From: Spirogloea muscicola
Lineage: Eukaryota
DNA length: 23,056 nucleotides
Assembly (NCBI GenBank): GCA_009602725.1
Contig: WELB01000009.1
Coordinates: 341,480-364,535, forward strand
Direction: 5' to 3'
Both the position numbers and the translations under genes were made by a program. Of the stretch, positions 22,001 through 23,056 are shown one piece after another (within the stretch, counting starts at the first letter, position 1; each line of letters starts with the position of its first letter). Under the pieces are notes generated by a model. It was not told the DNA's origin. It searched no databases and worked only from the letters and a program-made list of their open reading frames with translations.

Positions 22001-22299
22001 GGCGTCGCTCCCGTCCTTCGTCGCCCGCAGCGTCCTCGCTGCACCGGCGACAGACAGTCGCCCATAGCGCCAACCCGCCGCTTGATGTCCCTGACCCCTT
22101 CGACCTGTAAAGCCTATACCCCTTGAATCGTATATCCTAAACCCCTAAACCCTGAAAGCGTAAATCCTAAACCGATCCCCAGACCTACCAGAATGGACGA
22201 CCGGCGGGGAGCCGCCGAGGCGCAGCCGGTGGATGAGCAGCTTCTTTAGCGCCTCCGGCTTGTAGTAGTTCAGATTGAGGTGCACCGTCTCAGCCAGGA
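19035..22299 (-). CDS. SMP-domain + C2-domain protein (synaptotagmin/NTMC2-like) with a low-complexity C-terminal tail; 5' exon(s) not resolved
   Basis: Exons 22299-22189, 22038-21932 (GC donor), 21822-21610, 21293-21161, 21059-20970, 20693-20509, 20177-19943, optional 19888-19877, 19741-19035. SMP motifs: 'YYKPEALKKLLIHRLRLGGSPPVV', 'LELDFSF', 'NLRIEGKLRV..PYVSRLRLSFVAPP..FDVFDLPGIATWV..LVEPN'. C2 motifs: 'VIVEVLDAKDLIAMDRNGSSDPYVKL..TLEPSWHETF..VRDRDTFGKDDSLGDCSVDL..WLNLEGVKSGQLHVAITV', with the Ca2+-ligand aspartates retained. Confidence 0.9.
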
Positions 22300-22383
22300 C
22301 TGCAGCGGATGCAGCATCGGGGCAGGTGCGGCAAGTGCGTGGCGTGCCTGAGTCAACTCCGTTGCATGACGCGACCAGACACT

Positions 22384-22569
<186 letters not shown>

Positions 22570-23005
22570 TTGCCCCGGTAGCGGCCGCCACGTCGGCACA
22601 GCCAGTCCGGCGCGCCGGGGCACTTGAGCCCAGCCAACCCGTTGGCCAGCCTGCAGCAGTTCTCGTCCGCGTCAATCAGGTGAGCTCCTCCAGATCTACA
22701 GAATAGCGATGCACAGTTTTCGTTAATTCCCCAAACATTATTCAGACCCCTGGCAGGGAGCCGCGGCAGTCCTCCCCCAGTCGCCAGAGGCGACAGAATG
22801 TTGGGATAACGCTGGTGCGGATTCTCTTCACGACGAGCACGGTGACACGGTTCACGGCACTACGCCAGAGGTATTCCAGAATTCTACCTCGACGTGCTAG
22901 GATGAGAGCGCGTGCATCCCAAGCGGCGGTTTCCGCATTGCCGCGACCCGGCATTGCGCGAGCCCGCGCCGACGGGGCTGCGGTCGCGCGCGGGAAGGGA
23001 AGCCT

Positions 23006-23015
23006 GCCACGTGGC
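23006..23015. promoter_or_regulatory. G-box GCCACGTGGC in GC-rich sequence upstream of the SMP-C2 gene
   Basis: Palindromic CACGTG element in the same 'cctgccacgtggc' context as at 6567-6579. Function is untested. Confidence 0.3.
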
Positions 23016-23056
23016 GGCCGCGCCGCGCCATGCGGCGTGGCGCCCGCGGCCGCGGC

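Overview
GC-rich, intron-rich eukaryotic nuclear DNA. The gene content (a pTAC18-like cupin, plastid transit peptides, plant-type TTTAGGG-like motifs) points to a green plant, most plausibly a streptophyte alga; this is inference. Manual splicing gives seven protein-coding genes: the 5' part of DNA polymerase alpha catalytic subunit (-), a small acidic protein with a bipartite NLS (+), a plastid TAL-type transaldolase (+), an 11-exon aldo-keto reductase (-), APC10/DOC1 (-), a pTAC18-like cupin (+) and an SMP+C2 synaptotagmin-like protein (-). Two N-gaps fall in the GC-rich head-to-head promoter regions. The most notable observations are a decaying mitochondrial nad7 fragment (NUMT) inside the pTAC18 intron, a prothymosin-like acidic protein head-to-head with Pol alpha, an actinobacterial-looking transaldolase N-terminus, two GC-AG introns, several micro-exons, degenerate telomere-repeat clusters next to 5' splice sites, and duplicated segments in both convergent 3' intergenic regions. 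No CRISPR array, rRNA, tRNA or intact transposon was recognised, and I cannot support a claim of a wholly new multi-gene system.
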